In this document: in pieces, positions 54,986 through 63,652 of the stretch
How positions within the stretch are numbered: the stretch's first letter is position 1
Layout: the number at the start of each line of letters is the position of its first letter
NCBI GenBank assembly: GCA_002359735.1
Contig: DENS01000018.1
Coordinates: forward strand, 52,819-116,818
Length of the DNA stretch: 64,000 bases
DNA from: Micavibrio sp. UBA2638
GTDB lineage: Bacteria > Pseudomonadota > Alphaproteobacteria > Micavibrionales > Micavibrionaceae
Reading direction: 5' to 3'
Notes under the pieces: model-generated
Told to the model about the DNA's origin: nothing
What the model saw: only the letters and a program-made list of their open reading frames with translations
Databases searched by the model: none
Made by a program: the position numbers and the translations under genes

Positions 54986-55201
54986 TTAACTGCCTATCAG
55001 TTTTAGTCTTGGTGGTGCGTCCAGCCCGGCGCTTATTTTTCTGTTTTGTGTGTTGCCTGTTGCGGCCATAAGTGCCTTTTCGTCAAAGACCCAGCTTAAG
55101 CGGACATCGTATTCCCTTATGCCGTATTTATTAAGCAGATTCTGTGCAAATGCACTGACCAGTCTTTTGGGGCTTTGGACTGTGTTTTTCGTTCTTTTCA
55201 T
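54986..55201 (-). CDS. Hypothetical small basic protein (71 aa), family not recognised
   Basis: The ORF has its own terminator and is divergent from the LysR gene. GGAGA lies upstream of the ATG (complement of tctcc at 55208-55212). Confidence 0.5.
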   Translation of the reverse strand: MKRTKNTVQSPKRLVSAFAQNLLNKYGIREYDVRLSWVFDEKALMAATGNTQNRKISAGLDAPPRLKLIGS

Positions 55202-55338
55202 TTTTGTCTCCTGTTTAATTTGGTGTTGATGGTGAATATAGGAATTTTTATAAATTTGAAAAATTAATTATTTTTCTTGTATTGATTTGAAAAAACGATA
55301 TATAAGTACCATTAGATTTAACGATTAGAGTTTTGACT

Positions 55339-56226
55339 ATGATTAGAAATATTGATGTGGACCTGCTGCGCGCGTTCTTAACGATATATGAGGCGGGCAG
55401 TTTTTCTCATGCGGCTGAACGGTTGGGGCGGACGCAATCAACGATTAGCCAGCAAATAAAAAAGCTGGAAGATATTTTGGGGCGCGAGGTTTTCCTGCGC
55501 AATAACCGTTCGGTCAGTCTGACAACGGAAGGAGAGGTTCTGCTCTCTTACGCGCGCAGAATGATTGCCCTGAATGATGAGGTTTTTGGACGTATTTCAA
55601 AGCCCGATATATCCGGGACTGTTCGCTTGGGAGCGCCAGAGGCGTTTGCCGCACACCATTTGCCTGATATTTTGGTGCAATTTGCAAAATCCCACCCCAA
55701 TGTTGGTCTGGAGGTGCATTGTGACTTGTCTCATCATTTGGCAGACGATTTCGAGAGGGGGGAGCTCGACCTTATTCTTATAAAGCGTGACAATAAAACA
55801 AAGATTTACGGCAACAAGGTTTGGCGTGAAGGTCTGGTTTGGGCTGGACAAGGTAAAGAGCAATTTAAGATGGGCGATACGGTACCCCTGGTTTTGTCCC
55901 CTAACCCTTGTGTTTACCGAAGCAAAATGATCGACATATTGGACAAAAAGAAAATTAAATGGAAAGCGGTCTTCACCAGCTCCAGCATGACAAGCCGCAT
56001 TGCCGCTGCCAAAGCCGGCCTTGGGATTACTATAATCCCGAAGGAGATGTTGGCCGGTATTCATGGTCTTTTTTCCCTTGGCGAAAATTCAGGGCTGCCT
56101 GCGCTTCCGGCTGTGGAAATCGATTTGATTGTGAATGAAGAAAAGGCCAGCGATGCGACGGCCAGGTTGGCAGAACACATCATTTTCGCATTAGAAAATA
56201 ATCCGTCCATTGGACAAGCCGCATAG
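55339..56226 (+). CDS. LysR-family transcriptional regulator
   Basis: HTH LLRAFLTIYEAGSFSHAAERLGRTQSTISQQIKKLE plus a LysR substrate domain. The ATG at 55339 is preferred over the TTG at 55333. Confidence 0.9.
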   Translation: MIRNIDVDLLRAFLTIYEAGSFSHAAERLGRTQSTISQQIKKLEDILGREVFLRNNRSVSLTTEGEVLLSYARRMIALNDEVFGRISKPDISGTVRLGAPEAFAAHHLPDILVQFAKSHPNVGLEVHCDLSHHLADDFERGELDLILIKRDNKTKIYGNKVWREGLVWAGQGKEQFKMGDTVPLVLSPNPCVYRSKMIDILDKKKIKWKAVFTSSSMTSRIAAAKAGLGITIIPKEMLAGIHGLFSLGENSGLPALPAVEIDLIVNEEKASDATARLAEHIIFALENNPSIGQAA

Positions 56227-56260
56227 ATTTAACCCAAACGAACCAAAAGGAAAAAAGAAA

Positions 56261-56563
56261 ATGCCCTTACTGACCTCACCAATAGATGGATCACCGATGA
56301 AAGAAATAGAACGATATGGCATAAAATTGGACATGTGCACTACGTCGGGTGGCATATGGTTCGATAAAGGTGAAGTGGAAAAGTTGATCCATTTTGTTCG
56401 GGAAGAGGCTATAAAGGAACAAGCTGATATGCAGTATAATCATTCGGCTGCTGCCAATGCAGCTACTGATAACCGCTCCCATTCTAAAGATCATCAGGCG
56501 GTTTATAAAAAACGGAAAAGGGAAAACCCGCTTTCTGACTTACTGGATATTTTTGAATTCTAG
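56261..56563 (+). CDS. TFIIB-type zinc-ribbon family protein, Cys-depleted variant
   Basis: MPLLTSPIDGSPMKEIERYGIKLDMCTTSGGIWFDKGEVEKL aligns by eye with the CPxC...CPxCGGxWxDxGE family. The tail KKRKRENPLSDLLDIFEF is family-typical. Only one of the four Zn Cys is retained. Confidence 0.65.
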   Translation: MPLLTSPIDGSPMKEIERYGIKLDMCTTSGGIWFDKGEVEKLIHFVREEAIKEQADMQYNHSAAANAATDNRSHSKDHQAVYKKRKRENPLSDLLDIFEF

Positions 56564-56571
56564 GGTGCTTT

Positions 56572-57741
56572 ATGGGTGCGATAGTCCGTTTCTTCCATTC
56601 CAAAACCGCGCCGGGCATATTGTTGTGTCTGGCGGCGTTTTTGGCGATGGTAATTGAAAATTCTCCCTATCAAGGCTTGTATGACGGCTTCAAAAATATT
56701 CCTGTCGTGTTTCAAGCTGGTGATTTTTTAATAGATAAACCGTTATTGCTTTGGATTAACGATGGGCTTATGGCTATCTTTTTTCTTCTGATTGGCCTTG
56801 AAATCAAGCGCGAGATATTGGATGGCCATTTGTCAAAGCGTGATCAAGTGATTTTGCCTGCGGTGGCGGCCCTTGGCGGTTTGGCAGTTCCTGCCTTGAT
56901 TTATGCTTTTATTAATTGGGGTAACGCCGTAACAATTCAGGGATGGGCGATACCCGCGGCAACAGATATCGCCTTTGCTTTGGGCGTTTTAATTTTGCTG
57001 GGTAATCGCATTCCACCCGCGCTTAAAGTCTGTCTTGTGGCCATCGCCATTATTGATGATTTGGCCGCCATTGTCATTATTGCTTTGTTTTATACGGCCG
57101 AAACATCTCTGATGTCTCTTGGGTTGGCATTTATTGGTCTTACCGCGGCGTTTGTGATGAACAGACGGGGCGTTATAAAACTTGGGCCGTATATATTGCT
57201 TGGATTTTTCATCTGGGCCTGTGTTTTGAAATCAGGCGTTCATGCGACATTGGCGGGGGTTGCCCTGGGCTTGCTCATTCCATTGCGAACAAAAACCGAT
57301 CCGGACCATTCCCCGTTGTTACAACTGGAACATACACTGCATCCATTCGTGGCCTTTGTCGTTCTGCCAGTTTTTGCCTTCGCCAACGCTGGCGTCTCAC
57401 TGAGTGGTCTTAGCTTGGCCACATTCATGCAGCCGATCCCCTTGGGCATTATGCTGGGGCTTTTCTTTGGTAAGCAGCTTGGTGTTATGGGGCTAACGTT
57501 TCTTGCGATTTCAATAAAACTTTGCAAGTTGCCGGAAGGCGTGAACTGGATGCAGTTTTATGGCATGGCGCTTTTAACCGGCATTGGTTTTACGATGAGT
57601 TTGTTTATCGGAACGCTGGCTTTTAGTGATGTTGAATATGCATCTGATGTCAGGGTTGGGGTTTTGAGCGGATCCATTCTTTCCGGGGTGGCTGGCGTTT
57701 CAATTCTTCTGATGAGTACGCATAAGAGGAAGGTAAAATGA
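56572..57741 (+). CDS. nhaA: Na+/H+ antiporter NhaA
   Basis: 389 aa. GILLCLAAFLAMVIENSP, WINDGLMAIFFLLIGLEIKRE and AIIDDLAAI are NhaA hallmarks. Confidence 0.9.
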   Translation: MGAIVRFFHSKTAPGILLCLAAFLAMVIENSPYQGLYDGFKNIPVVFQAGDFLIDKPLLLWINDGLMAIFFLLIGLEIKREILDGHLSKRDQVILPAVAALGGLAVPALIYAFINWGNAVTIQGWAIPAATDIAFALGVLILLGNRIPPALKVCLVAIAIIDDLAAIVIIALFYTAETSLMSLGLAFIGLTAAFVMNRRGVIKLGPYILLGFFIWACVLKSGVHATLAGVALGLLIPLRTKTDPDHSPLLQLEHTLHPFVAFVVLPVFAFANAGVSLSGLSLATFMQPIPLGIMLGLFFGKQLGVMGLTFLAISIKLCKLPEGVNWMQFYGMALLTGIGFTMSLFIGTLAFSDVEYASDVRVGVLSGSILSGVAGVSILLMSTHKRKVK

Positions 57742-59051
57742 GGCATATTTTTCAAAATAAAACAGCAGAGATATTACACAATGTTTTGGTTGGGCTGGCC
57801 GTTAGTATCGTCATGCTGAATTTGGGGGCGGCGCTGGGCATTCTCTCTGGCCGCGGAGCCTTTGCCGGTATGCTATCAGCGGGCTTAATTGCCTTAATTA
57901 CATCGGCCTTTGGTGGAACGCGCATTCAGGGGTCCGGCACGACCGCGCCTATGAGTACGGTTACGGCTGTTATTGTCGCATATGCAATGGAGCAATTGCC
58001 ACAAGAAGTTGCGGGGATGAATGCGGATCATTTTGTGAATATTGTTTTGATGATGACAGCATTTATGATGATCGTATTTGCCGTTTTAAGAATTGGGCGC
58101 TTTATTGCCTATGTCCCCAAATTGGTGATTTCGGGTTTTATGTGCGGTATCGCCTTAATTATATGGGTTTTGCAAATTGATTTACTGATAGGGTTTGATC
58201 GTTCGCCAATTGAGGGGCCTACAATACTAAATATTGCTATTGCTGTCTCAACGCTGGTGATTGCATTTCTGGTCACGCCATTATTGAAAAAAGTATCAAA
58301 TAAGCTGGCCAGTTTTTTGCCCGGTACATTGGTGGCCCTGGTTCTGGTAAGCGGGGCTTCTTCCTATTTCATGCTGCCTGTCGGGTATTTAACCATTGAG
58401 AACAACTTGGGCAGCCTGAAGGATTTTGGTGACGTTCTTGCAAGCCAGATTCCAACAACTATTAGTTGGGATATTCTTTTTCTGGCTTTTCCGTTCGCGT
58501 TAAAACTTGCCGCTTTATGTTATATTGATACACTTTTGACATCGTTGATCGTTGATAAAATGCGCGGTACGCAGACCCGGCAAAACAGAGAGCTTGCCGC
58601 GCAAGGCCTGGCTGTGGGGGCGGTTAGTCTGGTTGGCGGGGTTCCGGGCGCGCAATCAACCGTGCCATCTGTTTTGACGGTGAAAGAAGGGGCGACAATG
58701 CGCCTTGCCGGAATTTGCGCTGGGGTCTTTGTTATTCTTGAAATGCTATTGCTTGCCGATTTAATGAATTATATTCCCAAAGCTGTTTTTGCCGGTATTT
58801 TGCTCAAGGTTGGGTATGACGTTTTTGATTTCAAACCAATATGGGCGTATTTGCGTACTTTAAGACGTCAATCCCAAAAATTGCCATCCCGTATTATGGG
58901 GCATAAGGAAATGTCTGTTATTTCCGGGACGGCGCTTGCCACAGCCTTTATTGACCTCATTACGGCTGTTGGCGTTTTTACTTTCGGGTATCATCTCTTT
59001 AATCGTTACCGTAAAAAACAAAAAGCCCTTCGGGATTACGTCCCAGGATAA
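57738..59051 (+). CDS. SulP-family anion transporter core without a STAS domain
   Basis: 437 aa, polytopic. The FGGTRIQGSGTTAPMSTVTAVIV pattern resembles the SulP N-terminal core. The ATGA start overlaps the nhaA stop. Confidence 0.7.
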   Translation: MRHIFQNKTAEILHNVLVGLAVSIVMLNLGAALGILSGRGAFAGMLSAGLIALITSAFGGTRIQGSGTTAPMSTVTAVIVAYAMEQLPQEVAGMNADHFVNIVLMMTAFMMIVFAVLRIGRFIAYVPKLVISGFMCGIALIIWVLQIDLLIGFDRSPIEGPTILNIAIAVSTLVIAFLVTPLLKKVSNKLASFLPGTLVALVLVSGASSYFMLPVGYLTIENNLGSLKDFGDVLASQIPTTISWDILFLAFPFALKLAALCYIDTLLTSLIVDKMRGTQTRQNRELAAQGLAVGAVSLVGGVPGAQSTVPSVLTVKEGATMRLAGICAGVFVILEMLLLADLMNYIPKAVFAGILLKVGYDVFDFKPIWAYLRTLRRQSQKLPSRIMGHKEMSVISGTALATAFIDLITAVGVFTFGYHLFNRYRKKQKALRDYVPG

Positions 59052-59074
59052 AATTTGGTGGCATTGTTGTATAG

Positions 59075-60436
59075 CTATAACTCTATTGTTTGGCCAAAGG
59101 ATGGAACTTCGACATTCCATCCGAGATGGTTTTCGATTTTGAATTTAAAAGAGGAGACGGCTTCGGGCTCTCCGTGAGTCAGAAATACTTTACGTGGGGG
59201 CTCCCTGAAGTTATTCAGCCAATTCAGGATTTCCTGATAATCACCATGGGCCGATATGTTGTGCAGCATATGAATATCTGCGCGAACGGGGTGGAGGTCC
59301 CCATGGATTTTAATCTCTGTTTCACCATGGGCAAGTCTTGCCCCGCGCGTTCCGGCCGCCTGATATCCAGCAAGAACGACACTGTTGCGCGGATCGCTAA
59401 TATAGGCCTTTAAATGATGTAATACACGGCCGCCCGTTGCCATACCGCTGGCGGAGATAACGATTGTCGGTAATCCATTATTCTTGCTGTATATGGCTTT
59501 GGATTGGTCGACGGTTCTTGTGTAAATAACACTGGAACACATTTTTTCGCATTCGCTTTCTGATAGGCGGTGTTCTGCGCTGTATTGCCGCAATAAATTG
59601 GTAACGTTAATGGCCATGGGGCTGTCCAGATAAACCGGAATATCAGGGATGCGCCCTGCCTCTTTAAGTTTATAGATATAATAAATTAAACTTTGCGCCC
59701 GTCCTACGGCAAAAGCCGGGATGACAACTGTTCCGCCGCGTGCGCTTGTTTTATTGATAATGCCTTCTAGTTGGTCCAGCGGATTGGCGGTTTCGTGCAA
59801 TCGGTCCCCATAGGTTGATTCCAGAATCAGGTAATCCGCATCCTGAATTTGTGCAGGAGGCTTAATGATTGCGTCATTTGGGCGCCCAAGATCACCAGAG
59901 AAAACCAGTTTGATCTGGCCATCTGTTATGGTCACGCAAGAGGCGCCTAAAATATGCCCGGCATGCGTCATATGAAAAGACAGCATGTCACTTAAGGGGT
60001 GTTCATCACCAAAGGAAACCGGCTTTAAATATTCCAGCGCATTATAGGCATCTTCCTGTGTATACAGCGGCAGGGCGGGGCTGTGCTTACTGTAATTATA
60101 ACGATTGGCTCTGGCGGCATCTTCTTCTTGCAGGTAGCCGCTGTCCGGTAAAAGGATGTCGCATAAATCCGCCGTGCCCGCCGAGCAGTAAATCGGGCCT
60201 TTAAAGCCATTCTTTACAAGTACGGGAAGGTATCCACTATGGTCAATATGGGCATGGGTTAAAATGACAGCATCAATAGAGGCCGGATCAAATGGTGGCT
60301 TATCCCAGTTTTGCAGGCGCAAATCCTTTAGGCCTTGAAACAGGCCGCAATCAATTAGAAATTTTTTATTTTCATCTTCCAGAAGGTATTTTGAACCGGT
60401 TACCGTTCCGGTTGCCCCTAAGAATGTTAATTTCAT
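59075..60436 (-). CDS. MBL-fold beta-CASP family hydrolase (RNA-metabolising type)
   Basis: 453 aa. FLGATGTVTGSKYLL, HAHIDHSG and the C-terminal SAHGD / LTHGE motifs are present. Confidence 0.85.
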   Translation of the reverse strand: MKLTFLGATGTVTGSKYLLEDENKKFLIDCGLFQGLKDLRLQNWDKPPFDPASIDAVILTHAHIDHSGYLPVLVKNGFKGPIYCSAGTADLCDILLPDSGYLQEEDAARANRYNYSKHSPALPLYTQEDAYNALEYLKPVSFGDEHPLSDMLSFHMTHAGHILGASCVTITDGQIKLVFSGDLGRPNDAIIKPPAQIQDADYLILESTYGDRLHETANPLDQLEGIINKTSARGGTVVIPAFAVGRAQSLIYYIYKLKEAGRIPDIPVYLDSPMAINVTNLLRQYSAEHRLSESECEKMCSSVIYTRTVDQSKAIYSKNNGLPTIVISASGMATGGRVLHHLKAYISDPRNSVVLAGYQAAGTRGARLAHGETEIKIHGDLHPVRADIHMLHNISAHGDYQEILNWLNNFREPPRKVFLTHGEPEAVSSFKFKIENHLGWNVEVPSFGQTIEL

Positions 60437-60512
60437 TCGCTGTGCCCTCTTTATGTTTTAAGCCCGTTATTTATACGCTATATTGGTGGTCGAGTAAAAA
60501 AGAATTGCCTGT

Positions 60513-61187
60513 ATGAGATATGATGCTGATTTTTATTTGTTACAAGGAGCGCGTAATTATGCGCTTGATTTGTGGCGCAGTTTCCGTATTTGGCGGGAGT
60601 TCCGCAAAGGGTTCGTAAAGTTACGCCATGTTGAAAAATGCGTAACTTTTTTCGGTTCGGCCCGTTTTTCTGAAGACCATAAATATTATAAACTGGCCTA
60701 TGATATGGCGTTTAAGCTGGGCCAGGAAGGGTATGCGATCATGAGTGGAGGCGGGCCAGGAATTATGGAGGCCGCCAATAGGGGGGCAAAAGACGCCGGA
60801 GCCTTATCCATTGGATGCAATATCAGGCTTCCTGAAGAACAAAAACCAAACCCATATCAGGATATATCCCTGCATTTCGATCATTTTTTTGTACGAAAAG
60901 TCATGCTTTTAAAATATTCACAGGCCTTTGTTCTTCTACCCGGTGGTTTCGGTACGATGGATGAGATTTTTGAAACGGCCACTTTAATGCAAACGAAGAA
61001 AATATATGATTTTCCGGTGGTCGTGATGGGCGGTAAGTATTGGCGGGAATTGGGCACGTTTTTAGATAAGGCAATGCTGGAGCTGGGCACCATAGACGAA
61101 CATGATCTGGACTTTATTAAAATGACGGATGATCTGCAAGAGGCATTTGATATCATTCATTCCCCTCGTCCTCGGGGCCTGATTTAA
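60513..61187 (+). CDS. LOG / TIGR00730-family Rossmann-fold nucleotide-binding protein
   Basis: 224 aa with GGGPGIMEA and PGGFGTMDE motifs. Confidence 0.85.
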   Translation: MRYDADFYLLQGARNYALDLWRSFRIWREFRKGFVKLRHVEKCVTFFGSARFSEDHKYYKLAYDMAFKLGQEGYAIMSGGGPGIMEAANRGAKDAGALSIGCNIRLPEEQKPNPYQDISLHFDHFFVRKVMLLKYSQAFVLLPGGFGTMDEIFETATLMQTKKIYDFPVVVMGGKYWRELGTFLDKAMLELGTIDEHDLDFIKMTDDLQEAFDIIHSPRPRGLI

Positions 61188-61301
61188 CGCTTCAAATTTA
61201 TCCTTTTGTATTTTATTGTTACTGTTCGTCGGTTATGGGGGGAAATAATTCATAAGGCCGCGATGCAATAACCAAAAGAATTTAAAAAGGGGTGTGGAGA
61301 T

Positions 61302-61982
61302 ATGCTTAACTTACAATGTAAAATCACCGTTCTTTGTGCGTATGCTTTCATATTAATGCTGCCGCAAATTGCGTACGCAAATGACGCGTTTATCCGCAAT
61401 ACGATAGAAAATTTTTCTTTAAATGGCCTAAGCCTAAAAAGTAGTATGCAAGATGTTGATGATTATATTACAAATCATCCCACACCCTTAAAGTGTAAGG
61501 TTACAGAGGGGAGAATGGCTGATCCGGCCGATTATATTCAACATTATCCGGTTAAAAACTGGAGCTGCTTTAACGCGGGTGGGGAAGCTAAGTATCGTTT
61601 GAAAATTGAAGCCGTTGATCAAAAAATTTCAATTATCGCCTTTAACGCCAGTGGTAAGTCTGATCGGTTCACCCGTATACAAGAGGGTTTAGAGACGATC
61701 AACAAAACGCTTCTTGATATGGGTATGAAGCATAACCAAGACATTAATGCCAATGATGTATTTTTGTATAGAAATGACTCTATAACCCCCAATTATTTGG
61801 ACGTAAAATTCAGGCTAAGCACTGAAAACAGCTGTAAACGCTTCGATAAAAGCGACGGGAAAACAGTGTCTAACCTTAGCGCCGATATTCGAAAAATCAA
61901 TGGGTCATATATCATTGATTTAAATATCAGTAACGGCTTAGCGCATACATGTGGGGAGCGTTACTATAACAGCAAGCCGTAA
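61302..61982 (+). CDS. Hypothetical secreted protein, no recognisable family
   Basis: 226 aa with a signal peptide (VLCAYAFILMLPQIAYA) and a GGAG-containing RBS. It is flanked by 114-nt and 242-nt non-coding gaps. Confidence 0.55.
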   Translation: MLNLQCKITVLCAYAFILMLPQIAYANDAFIRNTIENFSLNGLSLKSSMQDVDDYITNHPTPLKCKVTEGRMADPADYIQHYPVKNWSCFNAGGEAKYRLKIEAVDQKISIIAFNASGKSDRFTRIQEGLETINKTLLDMGMKHNQDINANDVFLYRNDSITPNYLDVKFRLSTENSCKRFDKSDGKTVSNLSADIRKINGSYIIDLNISNGLAHTCGERYYNSKP

Positions 61983-62224
61983 TGCTTTAGAGGGGGCGCT
62001 GATTTTTCTATATTCAATGGTTAAATATGCCAAATTTTAATGCATGTTTCGAACTGGATTTTTTAGTGCTGTGTGCGTTAATTGAAAATACAGTGGTGTA
62101 AATAATTGATACGCTTATGTCTTCACAGAATATTTCAGGTAGGGCGAAATATGTCAGGGCATAGACAAGTTTAAGGCTTGGTTGTATCCTGATCGTTGTT
62201 CTGTTTTTTAAAAGACATATTTCA

Positions 62225-63652
62225 ATGCTCTTTAATTCCTACACCTTTCTGATTTTTTTTGCCATTGTGTTCGCGTTGCACATGATGCCGTTTTCATGGC
62301 GGGTGAAAAAACTCAACTTGCTGTTGGGCAGTTATGTTTTTTATGCGGCCTGGAACCCTCCTTTTGTGGCGCTGCTCTGGATTTCGAGTGTGGTGGACTG
62401 GTATCTCGCAAAATGGATGTACGTTGCGGCGTCTAAAGCCAAAAAGAAATTGCTGCTCTATGCCTCGCTCGGGGTTAATCTGGGGATGCTGGGCTTTTTT
62501 AAATATGCCAATTTTTTTAATGAGAATTTTACAGCGCTGATGCAGGGCATGGGTATGGATTACGTGCCTCCGGAATGGAATATCGTTCTTCCGGTTGGGA
62601 TTTCATTTTTCACCTTCCAGACACTCTCATACACATTTGATGTTTACAGGGGGCAATTAAAGCCTTGGCACAGCTTTCTTGATTATGCCATGTATGTGAC
62701 CTTCTTCCCGCAATTGGTCGCCGGTCCGATTGTTCGTGCCGCGGATTTTTTGCCGCAATGTCTAGAGGCCAGCAAAGTTACGCTGCAACGCTTTGGCTGG
62801 GGTATTTCTCTGTTTGTGATCGGTATGTTTTCGAAAGTCGTAATTGCCGATGGTTTTATGGCGCCAATCGTCGATAAAGTATATCTGGGCAGCACAGATC
62901 CGACTTTCCTTGAGGCATGGCTGGGGACTTTTGCTTTTGCTATACAAATTTTTGGTGATTTTGCAGGATATTCGACCTGCGCAATTGGTATAGCGCTTTG
63001 TTTTGGCTTTATCCTTCCCGATAACTTCCGCTTTCCATATGCTGCCGTCGGGTTTTCTGATTTCTGGCGCCGCTGGCATATCTCTCTGTCAAGCTGGCTG
63101 CGCGATTACCTTTATATTTCCTTGGGCGGCAATCGCAAAGGGCGTATTCGTACGCAAATCAATTTGATGATTACGATGCTGCTGGGTGGCCTGTGGCACG
63201 GCGCAAGCTGGAATTTTGTGATATGGGGGGCGTTGCATGGCGGGTATTTGGTCGGTGAGCGCTGGGTGAAAGCAATTATACCGCCGCACCGTATCTGGGC
63301 GGCTTGGCCGCTGCAAATGCTTTTGGCGGGGCTAACGTTTCTGCTGGTTTGTATCGCATGGGTGTTTTTTCGCAGCACGACACTGGATCAATCGTTAAGT
63401 TTTATCCAGATCATGTTTAGCCCGAACGGTAACTTGCTGGATGGGGCTTTACTGGAGAAAATAGATATGGCTTTGGTCGTTTTAATGACTGGTGTTATTT
63501 TAACGTTTCAATGGACATTTCGCCATAAAACCATCGAATGCGCAGCGGGGCAGTTGCCATGGTGGCTGCGTGGCCTGGTTTTGGCCGGATTGGCTATAGC
63601 GATAACCCTTATGCCGGGAGATGACCGTGCCTTCATTTACTTCCAGTTCTGA
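62225..63652 (+). CDS. MBOAT-family membrane O-acyltransferase (AlgI/DltB/PatA-like)
   Basis: 475 aa. FWRRWHISLSSWLRDYLYISLGGNR and the catalytic His context GGLWHGASWNF are present. Confidence 0.9.
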   Translation: MLFNSYTFLIFFAIVFALHMMPFSWRVKKLNLLLGSYVFYAAWNPPFVALLWISSVVDWYLAKWMYVAASKAKKKLLLYASLGVNLGMLGFFKYANFFNENFTALMQGMGMDYVPPEWNIVLPVGISFFTFQTLSYTFDVYRGQLKPWHSFLDYAMYVTFFPQLVAGPIVRAADFLPQCLEASKVTLQRFGWGISLFVIGMFSKVVIADGFMAPIVDKVYLGSTDPTFLEAWLGTFAFAIQIFGDFAGYSTCAIGIALCFGFILPDNFRFPYAAVGFSDFWRRWHISLSSWLRDYLYISLGGNRKGRIRTQINLMITMLLGGLWHGASWNFVIWGALHGGYLVGERWVKAIIPPHRIWAAWPLQMLLAGLTFLLVCIAWVFFRSTTLDQSLSFIQIMFSPNGNLLDGALLEKIDMALVVLMTGVILTFQWTFRHKTIECAAGQLPWWLRGLVLAGLAIAITLMPGDDRAFIYFQF

